From contig NMRA01000008.1 in the NCBI GenBank assembly GCA_002633005.1, positions 1,399,745 through 1,463,744 on the forward strand: a stretch of DNA of 64,000 nt, in the 5' to 3' direction. The notes beneath the pieces are model-generated. The model searched no databases. It saw nothing but the letters and a program-made list of their open reading frames with translations, and was not told where the DNA came from. The stretch's first letter is position 1. Each line of letters begins with the position of its first letter. The position numbers and the translations under genes are program-made. Positions 1 through 14,700 of this stretch are shown one piece after another. Source of the stretch: Phoronis australis (taxonomy: Eukaryota; Animalia; Phoronida).

Positions 1-726
1 TAAGACGTGGTAAATTTATAGGTCGTACATTCTTGTACATTTGAAAACCTATTTTGCGTGTACAAAATTTGACCCTAAGTCAACGTTGATGCTTGTTTTA
101 ACAAAACGCTACTGGTACCATATTTTGTGTGATAGCCGCATTGAGTTTCTGTTACAAACTTATAAACAATAAAAAACCGTCTGTGTTGCGGCACGCAGTA
201 CATGGAAAGTGACCCGTTTTAAAAATACTGGCAACAGTAAATGATGTTAAAAGTGATTTGATTGGTGGGAAACCATACGTAACATGTTAAACTGAATTAA
301 GATAGCTGGGTTCTGCCACTTTCCCGCAGGCACATACACACAGGCTAGGTTGTATCAATTCACCAGTTGACAAACGTTAACAACATAATCGAGTGTTAAG
401 TACAGCGTAGTTATTCCAACTGTTTTCGTTGGTTGAAATTATTAGATGTGACGTTTGTTTTATAAGTGTAGCAGGTACACCAGTGTTTCCGTCTGCTGTA
501 CAAAGACAATCCAAGTTTCTCTTTTGAGGTGAGGCCTCGGCGTACTTCAGATCTTCGCTAACAGATGTCGTTTTACTCCAATTGAGGATCACCTTGCTAC
601 AGTAACGCTGTTGGAGATCGTACATAGCACGTGCGCATTGGCCAAAGGTGGGCGGTGTGCTAATGCGCCGCCTGCCACATTTGTGCAAAGCACAGCGGAA
701 ATTCATGATATTTCCAGCTGGAGATG

Positions 727-1050
727 TCACGTATTTTCTGTCCTCCGCCGCGACTTTCGCGGTTTAAAAAGTTTTGAAAAAATACTATAAGGGTCGTCAA
801 AAGGCCCATTGTTGGCATCTGCCGTATTGCCGCTGCTAGTACTCGAACTTCCTTGCGGAAGTACTTCCATTTTATAAAACTTGAAACACTTCTCCTTTCT
901 TGTATTGAGAACGGCAATTCCTTTTAAGGGTTTCCCGTTTTTCCGGAAACCAACAAACCATTTCTCGTCGGCGACTGATTGCAATTTTGTTTCAGTACTG
1001 TCATCGTCTCTAATTTCTTTAAATGTGCACCTTTTATTGTTACCATTCCG
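727..1050 (-). CDS. fgf8/17/18: FGF8/17/18 last coding exon (324 nt, phase 0, ends TGA)
   Basis: Acceptor tattttacag|CGG at 1051-1052. Encodes RNGNNKRCTFKEIRDDD...WFVGFRKNGKPLKG...KCFKFYK and a basic tail. Extends ORF 727..984 by 22 codons. Confidence 0.93.
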   Translation of the reverse strand, partial: RNGNNKRCTFKEIRDDDSTETKLQSVADEKWFVGFRKNGKPLKGIAVLNTRKEKCFKFYKMEVLPQGSSSTSSGNTADANNGPFDDPYSIFSKLFKPRKSRRRTENT

Positions 1051-4000
1051 CTGTAAAATAACATAAAATACAGAAATTAAAAATGTTTCATTTCAATCAT
1101 GGTGGTCATCTCAAAGAAACAATCATTTCAGTAAAATGATATGAACAATGACTTAGAAGCCCTCAGAGATGATGTCGGGAGTATAGGTTGGCCAATAGAC
1201 GACTCCTTCTCATTTGTTTCCGTCGGCTATCATGAGCGTGTTATTAAGTGCAATGCATTGTTCAGGGAGAAAATCTTGACAGATGTCCACAGGTGACGTT
1301 ATTTAGTTGCCACGATGGCAGCCACACGATTTCCAGCGTGATGACTTCTTTGGACCCTTTAGCGTTTATATGGAAGCATTGGACTATAGTTTAGACGATA
1401 GACACGGCAAACCAGAACCCACAGCTATGAGCCTGTAACTTCAAAAATATTTGTGAAGATATTTCTATCGGTTAAACGGCCAAATGCGACTTCCCATGAT
1501 CTGTGTTGAGCCATAAAAACATTCACCATGACGCAAACGTGACTACTCGGGTATGCGAAAATGACACCTTCCGCCAATATAGTGCAAAGCAAATGCAATA
1601 AGTAACTTAAATTAAACCTTTTGCTTTTTAAGTCATGTATCATTCGACCTAACAGCTTCTATTACTTTCGAAACGTATGAGCGAGTTAATTCCGTATTGA
1701 TAAGGTCAACTCCTTCAACACCAGCTGCACGTGTTAGTCCTTCAACATGGCCGCTGTGTTCAGACTCGAGAGGTCAGTGCACGTCAAAAACCGCAATATT
1801 GTACTGTAGTTCGTTTGATAACAAGGACAATAAATTATTACCGAATAATAGGTCATGCTGAGAGTCTCTCTACTGTACCATGAGCGCCCTTTTGTTTTAC
1901 TTTGCGTATGACTAAGGACAACAAATTTTAAAGCATCCATAAATATACTTGAAAGTAATATTCAATCCACGGCAGTCCCGTCGTAAATTAAATTTCACCA
2001 ATGTCTTGCCAGCTCAGATACGGAAGATGGCGGCGCGAGTAAACTCGCAAATGGGAATTCACCATATCGGACGCATAATTCATACGAAAGGTCTAGAAAA
2101 TAGTTCATTCCTGCACATAATGCATTTGGGGGCTCTCGAGTAGCGATGATAAATAGCGCCTGTTTGACTAGCCCATGAATGGGTTCAATCACTTATAACA
2201 CGACTTTTATAAAGTTTGCTCACTGACTTGACACGAAATAGAAGCATAAAAGGAAAATATTAATCATTCATGCTAGCAAATGTTGATTGCTTTTACTTTT
2301 TGCTGGTAGTAGTAAACAAAGCGAACGACTTTTTAGGTGTTTCAATAACTTTTGTACTCTCTGCCCAGTTGTTTAGTGGCTTGACAAACATTGAATTACT
2401 GTCAGGGACACGCAATGGGACTGTTTTCTTTTAATCAGTCATGACCGATACTAGCGCGTATCGAACCTTTAGCGCTAGTCGTTTTCATCTTGAGGTCGCG
2501 GCGTAACGAATGTTGACCGACGGTTTAATGTGACAATTTTACCATCTTTTTGTGTCACACTGCATTGTCGAAAGTTAAGTATTTAGACGACTTCATACAT
2601 CTGCGACAAACTTGGTAGTAGCAAAAGATATCTCGTTGTAGCCACTGGGATACTCAGAAACCTACGTTTAGTCGTTTTATCGATAAGTCTGAATGAGGCT
2701 TTCAAATTAAGTCTCCAACTTTTTAATGAATGAACTAGATTTTGCATTTGGCGACGCCTTTTTGTTAGCGCTACAGTAACACTAAACCACCAGGGTAACA
2801 GATCGCGGAAGGAACGATTTCCCCAGTCTGGGCAACGTTAGATGCCTGTCACCACACAGACAGTGGGCCGTGTAATAAGCCGCAAATTATCATGATTGGG
2901 TAAATTAGACACAGAATGTGTATTAGATGTTCAACCAATTGTCGTAACTAAACAATGGTGTGTTTTGGAAGGGTAATTGTGATAAGGCACACAGGTGTGC
3001 GATTGTCATACGGTATGAGAATCTGACATTTTTATAGCACAATAATGGATGACTAAATAACACAATCTGAGCTAATCAGAACTAGTAGCCGTATTCTAAT
3101 CTACTTAAAAAAGTAAAGCCTTGTCGAAAACAGCAGACAACAAATTCTCACAGTAATCGAAGAACTCTGCGTGCTTTCGGTCAGCAGACTTGTGAAGTTA
3201 TCGTGATCGCGATTGCAGAGAGTTCGACCTATTAACCTTCCAACGATTCATTGCTGGTTCAGTCGAAGCCTGAGGCCCCAACAAACCAGATATTTGTGCC
3301 ATTGTTCACCCCATCTACTGATTACATACCGACGTGGAAGTTAAGACACAATTGACGTTCCAAGAGCTATTGACCTGCGCAACACAGCATTCAAACAGGC
3401 GTAGGATTGTTTTAAAGAGAGACTGAACACTTCGCGAAGGGCCATATATATATGTATCAAACGACATCTTGATGGACTCTTGAGCAGTTGATAGACCAAT
3501 AGTGCCCAACTAGCAAACACTAAGGCTGCCAATATCAAATATTAATACAAAACTTTTCAATGGTTATCGTGTTTTTTCCAGTCCCATTACAGCTGTGGTT
3601 GATTGTCTTTCGGGTGGTCTCGCACTTACTTGCTTACCATGCCTATTCAAGAACACGTGTCGGCTTAAATCAAGCTTACAGCTGGCAAAAAGAAAAGGAT
3701 AAGAAGTATGAGAGGGTAATATCGACCTCCCGGTGAAATGTAGAGACGAGGGACAATAGGCAAGTCAGTATAATCGTCCTTGGTCTGGCTACTTACTCTC
3801 GCCCGGCCTCTGAGATGAATGGTTACTTATCATTACTTAATAGGCCATCGACGTAACTTAATCAAGAAGTGCAACGTCCATAGGGGCAAATGTGTGAAAA
3901 CGGTTGCTGGCGAAAGAAGCCCCTTCTCCGTTTTACCGTATAATCCTCGTGGGACAGACCATCGGCATATTGGTTGAAAAAATGGTAGTCACTGTTAATA

Positions 4001-7000
4001 ACATGTCGCTTTTCACGTCACTGTTATATTTTTGTGTGTTTACCATTACAAAATTAAATTTAAATCGTTATTTAATCTTTGTAAATTCGTTAATTATAGT
4101 ATAGTTAAAATTTTCAAAATGACAGCAATCCAAAAGAAATTCGCTTTATTCTAAAAGCATCTTCAGCTATTTCAACATGTAATCGAGTAATGGCCAAGGC
4201 TGGTGTCGTTGTCAAGTCGTTGGTTCGTCTACTTTATATGGAATTTCCAGATTTCATTTCAAATCATCCTATTTATAAAAAGTCGGATTGAAAAATCACC
4301 TTGGCAAAGGTAAATAACTGCGAGACCGGAAGTAGTTTGGGCACGCTTGGTCACTTCTCAAAATAAGCTATTTTCGAACTTTGATAAGCCCACTCTGCAT
4401 CAAATAACTAAACTTAGATTGTAGTAGTCGAGCAAGTAATTGTTTGTTTCGCGCGATTCCAGTCGTACGATTTGACGCTAGCACGCTGGTGTCCAGTCGT
4501 CAAACAACGAGCCTTGAATGACTGTTGGCTATTATTGGTATCCGTCTTACTGCTGCTGATTACAGTGAAACAGTAACCCACGTAAACTAAACAAACATGA
4601 GATTCAAGTCCGTTTTGTGCGCATCTCAAGAGTTGAGAAATCAATTTTAGTTGAAATAATATTTTCAAGTGCGACCCTCTTAGGTTTACACAAAGGCTTT
4701 TAGTGTGGCTTCCCCATTTTATATAACAAATAGACAAGTCACTGTTGTTTAGTTAACTGGGGATCTCACGCTTTCAAAAACGTGAAAAGCAAAATTTTTG
4801 TCATAATTTTTTCTTCAATTAATTGACAAACATGCAGCGAAACGCACCCCAGATGCCTAACGTTGGTGCGATTTTAGCAAGAGCATCGCCTACATATTAG
4901 TATAAGAATCGACCAACTTAGACAAAGTGAAAGACCATAGAACATGTGCTCTGAGACAACACATCGGACGTTATTCAAACCCACACGGCCAGGCATGTTA
5001 ATTTTTTCAAATGCTAATGTTGCTTTGCACTATGATTTGCAGGACATTTTAATTCACCAACAGCTCAATTACGAGATTATTTCCTGAAAGTGTCAAGTAG
5101 TTACCACTGCTGTATGATCATTAGGATGCGACCGCCATTAAACAGAAATGTGAAAACTGCAATTAGCCCGCGACAAACTGGGAAGCAATTACGAAGTCTG
5201 TGATTTCCCATAGCAAATATTAGTATGTGTTAAAACTTGGTGCTAGAGAGAGATTGTAGCATGTCGTGTCAACTACGACTAAAATGAATGTCAATAACTG
5301 CACAAGCTCGAAAAGGGAGAATTCATCGTCTACACAATCCCGGAACTGGAAAGAGGAGCCTCCATTTCAAATATGTGATGGCGTCCATGTTGTGCGGATT
5401 TGCTGTTCAATTAACTCAAAGAACACAAGAAACAGAAAAAAAATATTGCGACTTACCCGAATGGTGAGTTTTCCTGTCTTGCTAAAACACAAGTAATAGT
5501 TGGTTCGAGGACTCTGTATTCGAATCTCGCCGAATGAAATTGTCTTGAAAGAGAGTGTGGCTGAAACGAATAACCCTCCATTAATTTCAGCTTGAGATTT
5601 TTTGTGTCACAAGTTGTATCGTGAGGGCTTTCTAAACAAATAATCGCCTTTCCGAATCACTAGACCCATTTCCCGAAAGGAGAAATACACTTTTCCGAGT
5701 CCCGAAATGAAGTACTCGAAACCCTGAATCAAGCGTCGAACGAGATCGCGCAAGTGGATTCAACGATTCGGAAACTTCTTGAGTTCCGCGTTACGGACCC
5801 CCCCCCCTCTCCTTCACAAGGGTGACAGAGACTACTCAGTTCGTAAAGGAGATTCTTTGGCGCCCTCGAGTTACTACGCAATCAGGGGCTATCATAACAA
5901 CTGTAGAGTAATATCCGGCAGATGAAATGTACTCTCGCAGGTAAGCCACCACAAAATCGTGGATTTTCACAATTACGTGAAGTGAAAGCTTCCGTCTAAA
6001 TAGTGCTGGTCAACCGTTGAGTCGACTTTAGAGTTTCGATAAAGACAGGAACTTGCGGATTGTAACAGGCACCTACCAGATTTAAAGCTTAACTATGTAT
6101 AATAAGGCCACTGTGTACGTCAATCAATTCAGAATTTTTTTACGCGGAATAGTCCGAGTTCAGATTGATTCAGGGACTGAGATCGAGCACAATCGCGACA
6201 ACAGAAGGCGCGCGCGCGTACAACACTAGGATTTCCGTTCCATTCTACGGTCTCGTTCACGCAACGACACTAGGCTTGCATTCAGTAACGCTAGGTCCCA
6301 GCTAAAATCTAGTCGAAGTCAGGTGTTTTCATTTAAAACACACGGCAATGTCTCACGTAATCCTCGCGAAGTCTTGCTTTTTAGCGAGGTCCTAGTGTTA
6401 CTGAACGGGAGGCATCTTTGACTGTTCACCTAGTCGTTTACAGCAGGTGGCGACTGGAAAAAACCAGCCGCCACCGATCCATGTGAATGTTGCGATGATA
6501 GTAGGCCTGCCCAAGGAAAGAGGCTTTTTCCGCAATGAGGCGTCAGTGGGAAGTAAAAACCAGCCAAATCGAGCCCCAATGAATCGTGCCAAAGTTCACA
6601 TTCAGACCAGTGCCCAGTGTAATTCTGCGAAGGAAACGATATGAGAATTTGTAATTTTCCATGGCGCTTTCCAAAGAGAATCTTAATGTTAAACAGTTGC
6701 GGAGATGATGGGTTCTTTTTGAGTCAGGTACGCCAAACATGGTCTTAAGGCCCATGAACAGTAACACTGTCATTGAAATAGATCTTATAGGGATCATTCA
6801 ACACAAGACTTGGCCGAGTTGGCAAGATCGCAATGGTGATTTCTTTCATTCACGGAGATTTTGAGACGTTGGGCATTTTCATTTTAATCTTTACAATATC
6901 TCACCGCACAAGAATGGCACTTTGATGGCATGGTGGTTGCAAAAATTTAATAAAAAAACGCTTGGAAATCTCACTGCATCAAATCTCCACCGACTACTTT

Positions 7001-10000
7001 ACCGCCATCTGGCGACAATGGGTATTTCATAATGTCGCCAATATATCGGGAAATAGTTATTGTCAGCGTTGTGGTACAAGTGCCGGTTTTACATGACAGT
7101 ATACAGTAGTTGTCGACCTGGGGTCACCGATTGTGTGTTAACATGAAATTTATCTCCCCGTCTCTCAGATCAAGTATCTGGACATTCAAACAGATAACGA
7201 ACCGCGCCTTCTCTAAAAAGCAACTTTCAAATTAGGAAATTTGCTGCTTTAAAATCGGTTACACTTTTTTCCTTACTCAAATTAAAAATGTTTCGGACTA
7301 GGTCCATTAAGTTAATTGTCACGGCCGGTTAATTTCAGTCGCCATTGTTGTAATAGTCGTACGCATGCGTTAAGAAAATAGATATTTTAACCACTAGAAC
7401 ATGGTTCACAGAGGCCTTAACCTCAGACCACTAGACGAAGGTGCGGTATTTCAGTTGCACAACCAGGCGACTCTCAACAAAAAGACCACTGCCTCGACGT
7501 TCCGCTTCAGAAGTGACAAATTGGAAACTGAATATAACCAGTGCATGCTATATCAAACCCAGGTACCGAGCGGACGGCTCCGCGACAAAGAAAGCACTGG
7601 GTCGTTCACAGGGGATTACATGAATAGGAAGGGGGGGCAGAACTGAAGCTCGACCTATACACAGGAATAGCCGACCTACTAACATGCACACGCAACTGGT
7701 CCTAAAAACGAGATCGAGTTGTCACGTATCACGAAGGAGAATCCTGTGACAAGAGTTAGAAGTCGACTGTGTCAATGGCCTCTCATTTCGTGGCCCGTTT
7801 TGCTATTTTGCAGTCTGGACTTCACGTTTAGCACGAGCCTGATTTCTTTTTTCACGTCTGCGTTTTATTTTCCAAGGTCTGCTACATCCGAATGTAGGTC
7901 GGATATTCGTGTTGAGGCCCTGATTCATAACCTGAGCATTCAAAAATCGATCACGTGAGACAAAATATTTCCAAATTTGTGTAATTTTTCGTTTCGCCAA
8001 AAGTTACAGCAACAGCGATGAATAGCATAACGCGAGTCACAGATCGAGAAATCCGAGATTTCACGTGGCGAGAAGCAGAAGTACGGTAAACTCCAATGCA
8101 CTAATTCGAATTTCCCCTCTACGTCCCATAATAAATCGTACGGTCATGATACTGACACGGTACAATAAGTAACCGTCAAGATTTACCAGCACACTAATCA
8201 CAGAGGCACATTATCGTCACAGTAATGTTTCTATGAGCATACATATTCATAGGCAGGTCTACCAGAATCAAGGAGAACTGTAGACTGGTTGCTGCCTGTA
8301 TAACGTTTGTAAATGGAACCGTTTAATAAATACCACTTCGGATTCACACTCGGGCTTGGCGGAATGTAAAACTTATTGCGGAACCTCGGGCTCACCAACA
8401 CGTTTCTTTCCCGGTCGGCAACGCCTGTCATCCGCCTCAAGCCTTCAAAGGGTTTTATTTACTAATAACAAGTATAATCTGCTCATGAAAAAACAATCTT
8501 CCCTATAAATCATTTTGAGGGTGAACTCCCATGACAACTCACTTCCGACAATCTTGATACTCGGAATACCCGTCCCGTACAGGTAGTAAGTAATTAAAAT
8601 ACAAATGTATTAATTAACTAATCAATTAATTAATTTATTTATTTATATGACGGCAGTCAATTCAAGCAAAGGCGTTGACGAGCGTCACCAACGCAATGTC
8701 AGTTTGACTGCTGACCCTATTGCGTCACTTAGCGGGAAACCTCACACACGTATATGTATATGTCTTTAGGGTAATGAAGCGTTGCATAAAGTTCCTATTG
8801 GAGGCAATATTTTGGCCACTCATTTTTACCGCACAATTAAAGACCGGAATTAAATAGTATCTTTGTGTGCGGTCTCGCGGACACAAGGTGCAGGGGCAGG
8901 CTAGCAGCGAAAATTTACAATACGTATTAACTACGAATAAACCATTTAAAGAAAAGGTTATCAATGTCAGGTTCTTGAAAGGCGTAAATATAAATAAGAT
9001 GAAAAGCAACAATGAAAATAAATTTAGTGTATGAATATATCCAAACACTGTGTTCGCTGACTCAAAGAGATTGGGATACCCCTAGGCGCATTCCTATTAG
9101 AAGATACAGCCTTCGCTTAGTTGAATTGTATTTCTTTAAAACAACACAATAAAACGCCATTCAAATGTATAGAGCTGCTCGTGCTAATCTGCGGATGATA
9201 CACTCGCTATGAGACGGGCGTAAAGAAACCCAAAGAAAAATAAACCTGGTTTGAATATCAAGTCAATTTGAACACGCATCTCAGATCAGTGAGGTGAACA
9301 ACTCACAACCAAATGACAGCGTAAGCTGCTTGATATGTTGTCGACTACTTAAGCAGCGACACAAACAGTGATTTTGAGATTAAGAAGGTGATGCTTTAGA
9401 AGTGTCGCGATTCCCACAACTTTCAACAGCTCTCCAGGTCGTGATTTTTATACCTATCAAGTTATTTGCCCAACGAATTGCCTATTTTCTTCGCGTATTC
9501 TCAGTTTGTTCAGTAAATCGACTATTGCGGTCCTCACATCTAGGAGCAGATCACCGTGTCGTGTCAAGTTATTTATCCTACAAATCTTTTATTCGACCCT
9601 ACGAATTCCTAGTTTGCTTTGTCAATCATCTGTTTGTGGGAGGGGTGTCACAACTACGATCTTACACCCTCTAATAACTCCCCCTGATGGCTGGTTCAGT
9701 GCTTTCGCTGTCCCTGCAGGCCCCCAGCCCCGGGTGCAACTCACACAGAAGCCGTCACTGAAGACGTCATCATCACACCGGTGAAAGGGCCCTATAATTA
9801 TGATGAATTAGACCAACTTATGACCAATAAAACTCACCGCTAAATCCACATTTTATTGACTTCCGACACAGTCTATTACACCATGCAGTCGTCGAAGGGG
9901 CAATGGGTGAGAGTTTGACACTCGGCGCTTGTTATAATCTGAACAGAGGCCAGTTCGCGCACATTGGCGGAGTAGGCACTGACTTAATTAAACCAAGTTG

Positions 10001-11740
10001 AAGTTTATCTAAAAGAAATGCGTTAAGATACTATGTCTGCTTCTTTTCAGTTAAAATCTCCATAAAAGGAATTTGGCGGCAAAGCAATGATGCTATTTCA
10101 ACAGCTAATCATATGTTGCCAAGTTAGCAAGAATAACATGTAAATACGAAAATTTCATAATCGTTTTTGAATTTCTGTTGCATCAATAAAATGACCACTA
10201 CAGTTAAGGGCGTTGCACTTAAAATTTAAAGAATTGCCAGTAAAACACGCAAGTACATGCCAGGCTGTTCCTATATTAGTAATGTCTTTTTATGTGTTCC
10301 AAACGAATGAAAGTCCAGAAAAGAGCGTTCCTAAAATTTACACACTTCAGCTTTTACGGAAGCTGTGAAGCCCATCTGAGTCTGACTTCAAAACTGAAGA
10401 CTCAGGCAGGAAATGATGTTGTTGCTTTGCTTTAGTTTGTCAGACGCATTCAAGTCCCTTGGTCAATTCACAAAATTGTAGCATATCACTGTTACGAGGT
10501 ATTTGCCAATCTACATTGCTCTCACCGGAAACTGTCCTGGTTTTACGATGACGCTAGGTGGCTGACTGCCAGTGATTACCCCCATGGGACTCGATGGGAG
10601 GTAATGGTCAAGAGAAGAGCGAGATGGCCAGTGGTCATCTTTTAAAATAGACCTAACCAAAATCGATGGTGTGTGGTAGCAAACTGTGTAACATCTGAAG
10701 TAAGCAACGCAGGGGAGTAGCGTTTGAATCACGACATGTTTTTGCAAAAATTATGTATCACCTTTTCACATCAACTTTAGAGAATACTACAACATTTATT
10801 TGGTTATGTCTGTATACCTATGAAACTCTTTATCCCGTAATAGATCAATAACAAAAATATTTAAAATTATTAGGACACACCAAATCACCACAATACTTTA
10901 CACAAATATTGTATTTCGAGTCAACGCTAAAATTGAGCCTTAAGTATTTCTATGGTTCGAAATGTATTGAAATAATTTACCGTAGTAAATTATACTTCCT
11001 TTTGAAGTCACTCGGTAAACAAAGTTGTGACAATAGTAGCTATTTCAATGATAATGTATCGATTTCAAGCAGACCTATAAACACAACGTTGTCGAACGCC
11101 TTTGACAATCCAATGACAACAGTTGTGTTTATTGTCCATTGACAAAGATCAACTACGTTGCGCGTGTGGTAACGCTTGCATTCATATCACCGTGAACAGA
11201 CCGTGTTTAATATAAATCATCAACCCATTTACACAATTGTGTAAGTCAAGATGAAAGACTTTGCAACGCAGGATTCAACTATTCGCCAGTTTAGCGACAA
11301 CAAAATGAATTCACTTAAAACCAACACGCTGACACAAATACCCGAGGCCCGTGGGACAGGGTTGCACTAAGAAATCAACTTGCGACGTCGCAGAGCAAAC
11401 AAACCTGCATAATTAAAAGCTTTGAGAGTGTCCTTATTCAAACAAAATACTAGCCATGTTACGTGCGCAACAAGTGTAAAACTTGACAGCCTTCTTGTCT
11501 TTGACGTTTTCTTGTACTTGATAGCACTATTTAATACTTCTAGTAAAATTTCTCAAAAGGCTTTGAGTTTGTTATTATTAAAAGGAGTTAGACGAGATCC
11601 AATGGTGAGACCCAATTCTCTATTTTCTGGACGCTAAAACGATGGCAGTAAAGAGTCTTGTCTGTAAAGCGTATATGTTATACTGTTGTAAAGAAAGGGG
11701 CTCTAATCTCAATAACAAAAATGGTAATAACACCAATTGC

Positions 11741-11780
<40 letters not shown>

Positions 11781-14700
11781 GTAATAGTAATAATAGCAGC
11801 AACAGGAGCAGTAGTATTAGTAGTAGTAATTACAGTGATTTTATGATCATTCTTAATGTTCACAACGTAAATGGGTTTTGCAATGCAAAGAATGAGTAGT
11901 ATTTTTGGTCAAACGAGAATATACAATCTTCTGTTCTTTAAAAACAGTAATCTGGAGAAAAATGAGGAGCAGAAGTCTCAGCTGAGATGCTCGCTGTTAA
12001 ATTGTATCTCAAATGTGTTAGTAGCGGAAAATCGTTATGCGCCATCCAAATTGACCTCATTTATGTTCGACATATGTCCTCCCATGCGTTCGACTGGCTC
12101 TTTCACCCGAGTAAAAGTCCCATCTCTGAAAACTCCTGGCCTTGTCAACACACCCTGTTGTGCCTGCTTAAGTCAATAACGGCAAAATACCTACGGCTTA
12201 AACAGGTGTTTATGTCATCCACCTTTGCATGTAAAACGACACAAAACTATAACCTCGATGTTACGTTAACGTTCGCTTGAATGAGTTAGTAAAATGTGGA
12301 GAATTTCAAAACGGTAAATAAATTTGATTAGGAAATCGTGTTGAGCAGGTGTCTGCCCGCGCTTTACGTATGGGTGGCTGGGATGGAAGGCAGTACGGTT
12401 TACGTCTGCAATTGCATCAGCAAATATGTAATAGTCGAATGGTTCCTCTGAAGGTCTAAGACGGACCCAACCTAACAAGAGTTTAACGGTAAAAATCGTT
12501 GATGGCGCACACGCTCAACCCTACTTGCCCATTACTGTTGACCTGCAGATTGCAGATAAACAAATTACTGTTATGCTTCCTGAAATATTCCAAAGCAAAT
12601 CCTAAAGATTTGAAGACTGAAGATTAGCGATCTTGAACACACGTTGTCTTAAATCTTTTCTCGCGCGCAGTTCAACGACTTGCTGGTGATCAATGAGTCC
12701 AAGATCTTATTAGACACTTGTTTCCGTCGGCTTTATCAGACAATATCATTACGCGCAATCATTCTGCTATTCACTTCCATATTTTTCACTCATCACTCTT
12801 CATTACAAACCCATAACGCTATATATAGGTGACGTTTTATCTCGCCTTTCATGAGACATACACACACGCGCGCGCTTATACTCTGCAAACCACTATGGGT
12901 GGGTAGCTGCACAAATAACGACTGTTTGTGTTGAGTGTGGAGGCAAGAAATCTTAAGGGTTTATTAGTACAATGGCAAACAGGAACACTAACCGTGAAAA
13001 TATCGATACAAAACCAGACGTAAGCTAAATGAAACTAAATTAAACTAGTAAAAACAGATCGAAGTCGTGCCGTCAATGAAATATGTAAATGAAACTATGA
13101 AAAAGAACGAAACATAACCTTAGCAATCTAAACAATTGACTTATATAATGAAATCGCATTAATCATGCTAGTTCTGTTTTTTAAACCAGCCAGAAACCTG
13201 TAAATCATATCATTGGATTCACTAATGGCCGCTACTGGGGACAAGATTTTTAGGGCAATGGATACAAGTGTGATATTACCGCAAAGTAGACCATGGACTC
13301 AGGAAAATATCCATGTATTATTTAAGTTTTGTCTTTGGTTTACAAGAATCGTAAATCAAACAATAAAACGATTATTGTTCTGTAATCTAGGCTGTTATGT
13401 CGCTTTCCAGGCCTCGAGAATGCGATAATAACATCCGTGAGTGTCAACAACTACATAATAACCTTACGGACAATCAAGAATAGAACAATCAAATAAAATA
13501 ATTCAAATTTTCCGAATCACTCAACGTTGTTTGTTGGACAAATGAGAAATGGGTGATTTGAGATTGATTGTCGCAAAAAGCGAGTGAAGGGTTCGTGATA
13601 CTAGCGTGGGTGTTTCCCCTGGTGTAAATGAGTTTAGTGCTGAGTAGTGCGAAATGGAATATGACATAAAAATCAGTGCTACATTAAGACATGTACAAGA
13701 TACAATTTGAACATAGAAGCCATCTTGCGGAAATGACCTCCGGAAATAACTTCATTGATAATAACAGGTGCAAAGTCATCCGGAAAACCTCGGGTATTTT
13801 CGTAGCCTCAAATTGTCCCTGCGACGGGCTTCATGTTTGCCTACGTGTAAACTTCAGTCAATGCAACAATCAAAAGTGATTTTAGACAGCTAAAACCCTG
13901 GCTTTAGCTTAGCGGGTGTCAAAATTCGCCTCGCGACGGTCAATCCTTAATCACGTGACTTGCTGGAACGAGTGAAGTTCGCACATGCGCCGACGCATAA
14001 TTTGAGGCTAAGAAAACAACAAAAATGTTCCGAATGGTACAAATCAACAAACTACAACTTACCGAGAATACTTTTGGGATCTGTGCCGCGGGCATTAACG
14101 GGACTTCTTCTCTTGCCATTCTTCCCTACTATTTGAACAAGTTTATCACTACACAAATTCGTGAGTTGGTAATCCTTTGTGTTGGAGTCCTTCTCTTCCT
14201 CCGAATCCTTTGCACTAGTTTTCCAACCAGCAAAATATTTGTTAAAGTGGTGCTTTCCTAAAGGACTGTACTCCCTGTCCGACTTCCTATCACTGGCATA
14301 CACCTAGGACATCAAAGGGGAAATTAAAAAACGGAAGATCCATTAGTTTTCTACAGAATGCCAATTTGGTGAAAAATCAACTCTGAAAATGCCCTTAAGG
14401 TATCCAACGAGGCAAAACATTGGTACTGAAGCGAACTATAAAAATGCGAAGTGGATGAATGACATTTTTAGGCTTCTTGGGTATCTATAGTAACAAATTA
14501 ATAGCAGTTCAAGTGTTAAGTATATGCGCCTGTTGTTCGGGTGTCCAATCAATTACGTCAGTCAGCTGGAAGTAAGGATTAGTTAACAATTACGCGACAT
14601 TGTTGACAGGTGTGATTTTCTTTCTTTTACTCACTGGCAATGAGACGTGAGAATGAGGCTTAACGTTACCTTTCAACTGAACTAGCTTGTTTATTTATTT

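Noticed and set aside
377-730. 117-aa minus-strand ORF overlapping the FGF stop codon
   Set aside because: Lies in the presumed 3' UTR, starts at GTG and has no recognisable motif. In-frame readthrough of the FGF TGA stops again after 7 codons.
1999-2092. Exon-like segment in the last FGF intron (ttttctag|...|gtgaaa) containing a YY1-like AAGATGGCGGC
   Set aside because: 94 nt would shift the frame inside the FGF core, the donor is weak, and the flanking exons already join perfectly.
11620-11899. Poly-L, poly-N and poly-I ORFs
   Set aside because: Translations of the (AAT)n microsatellite.
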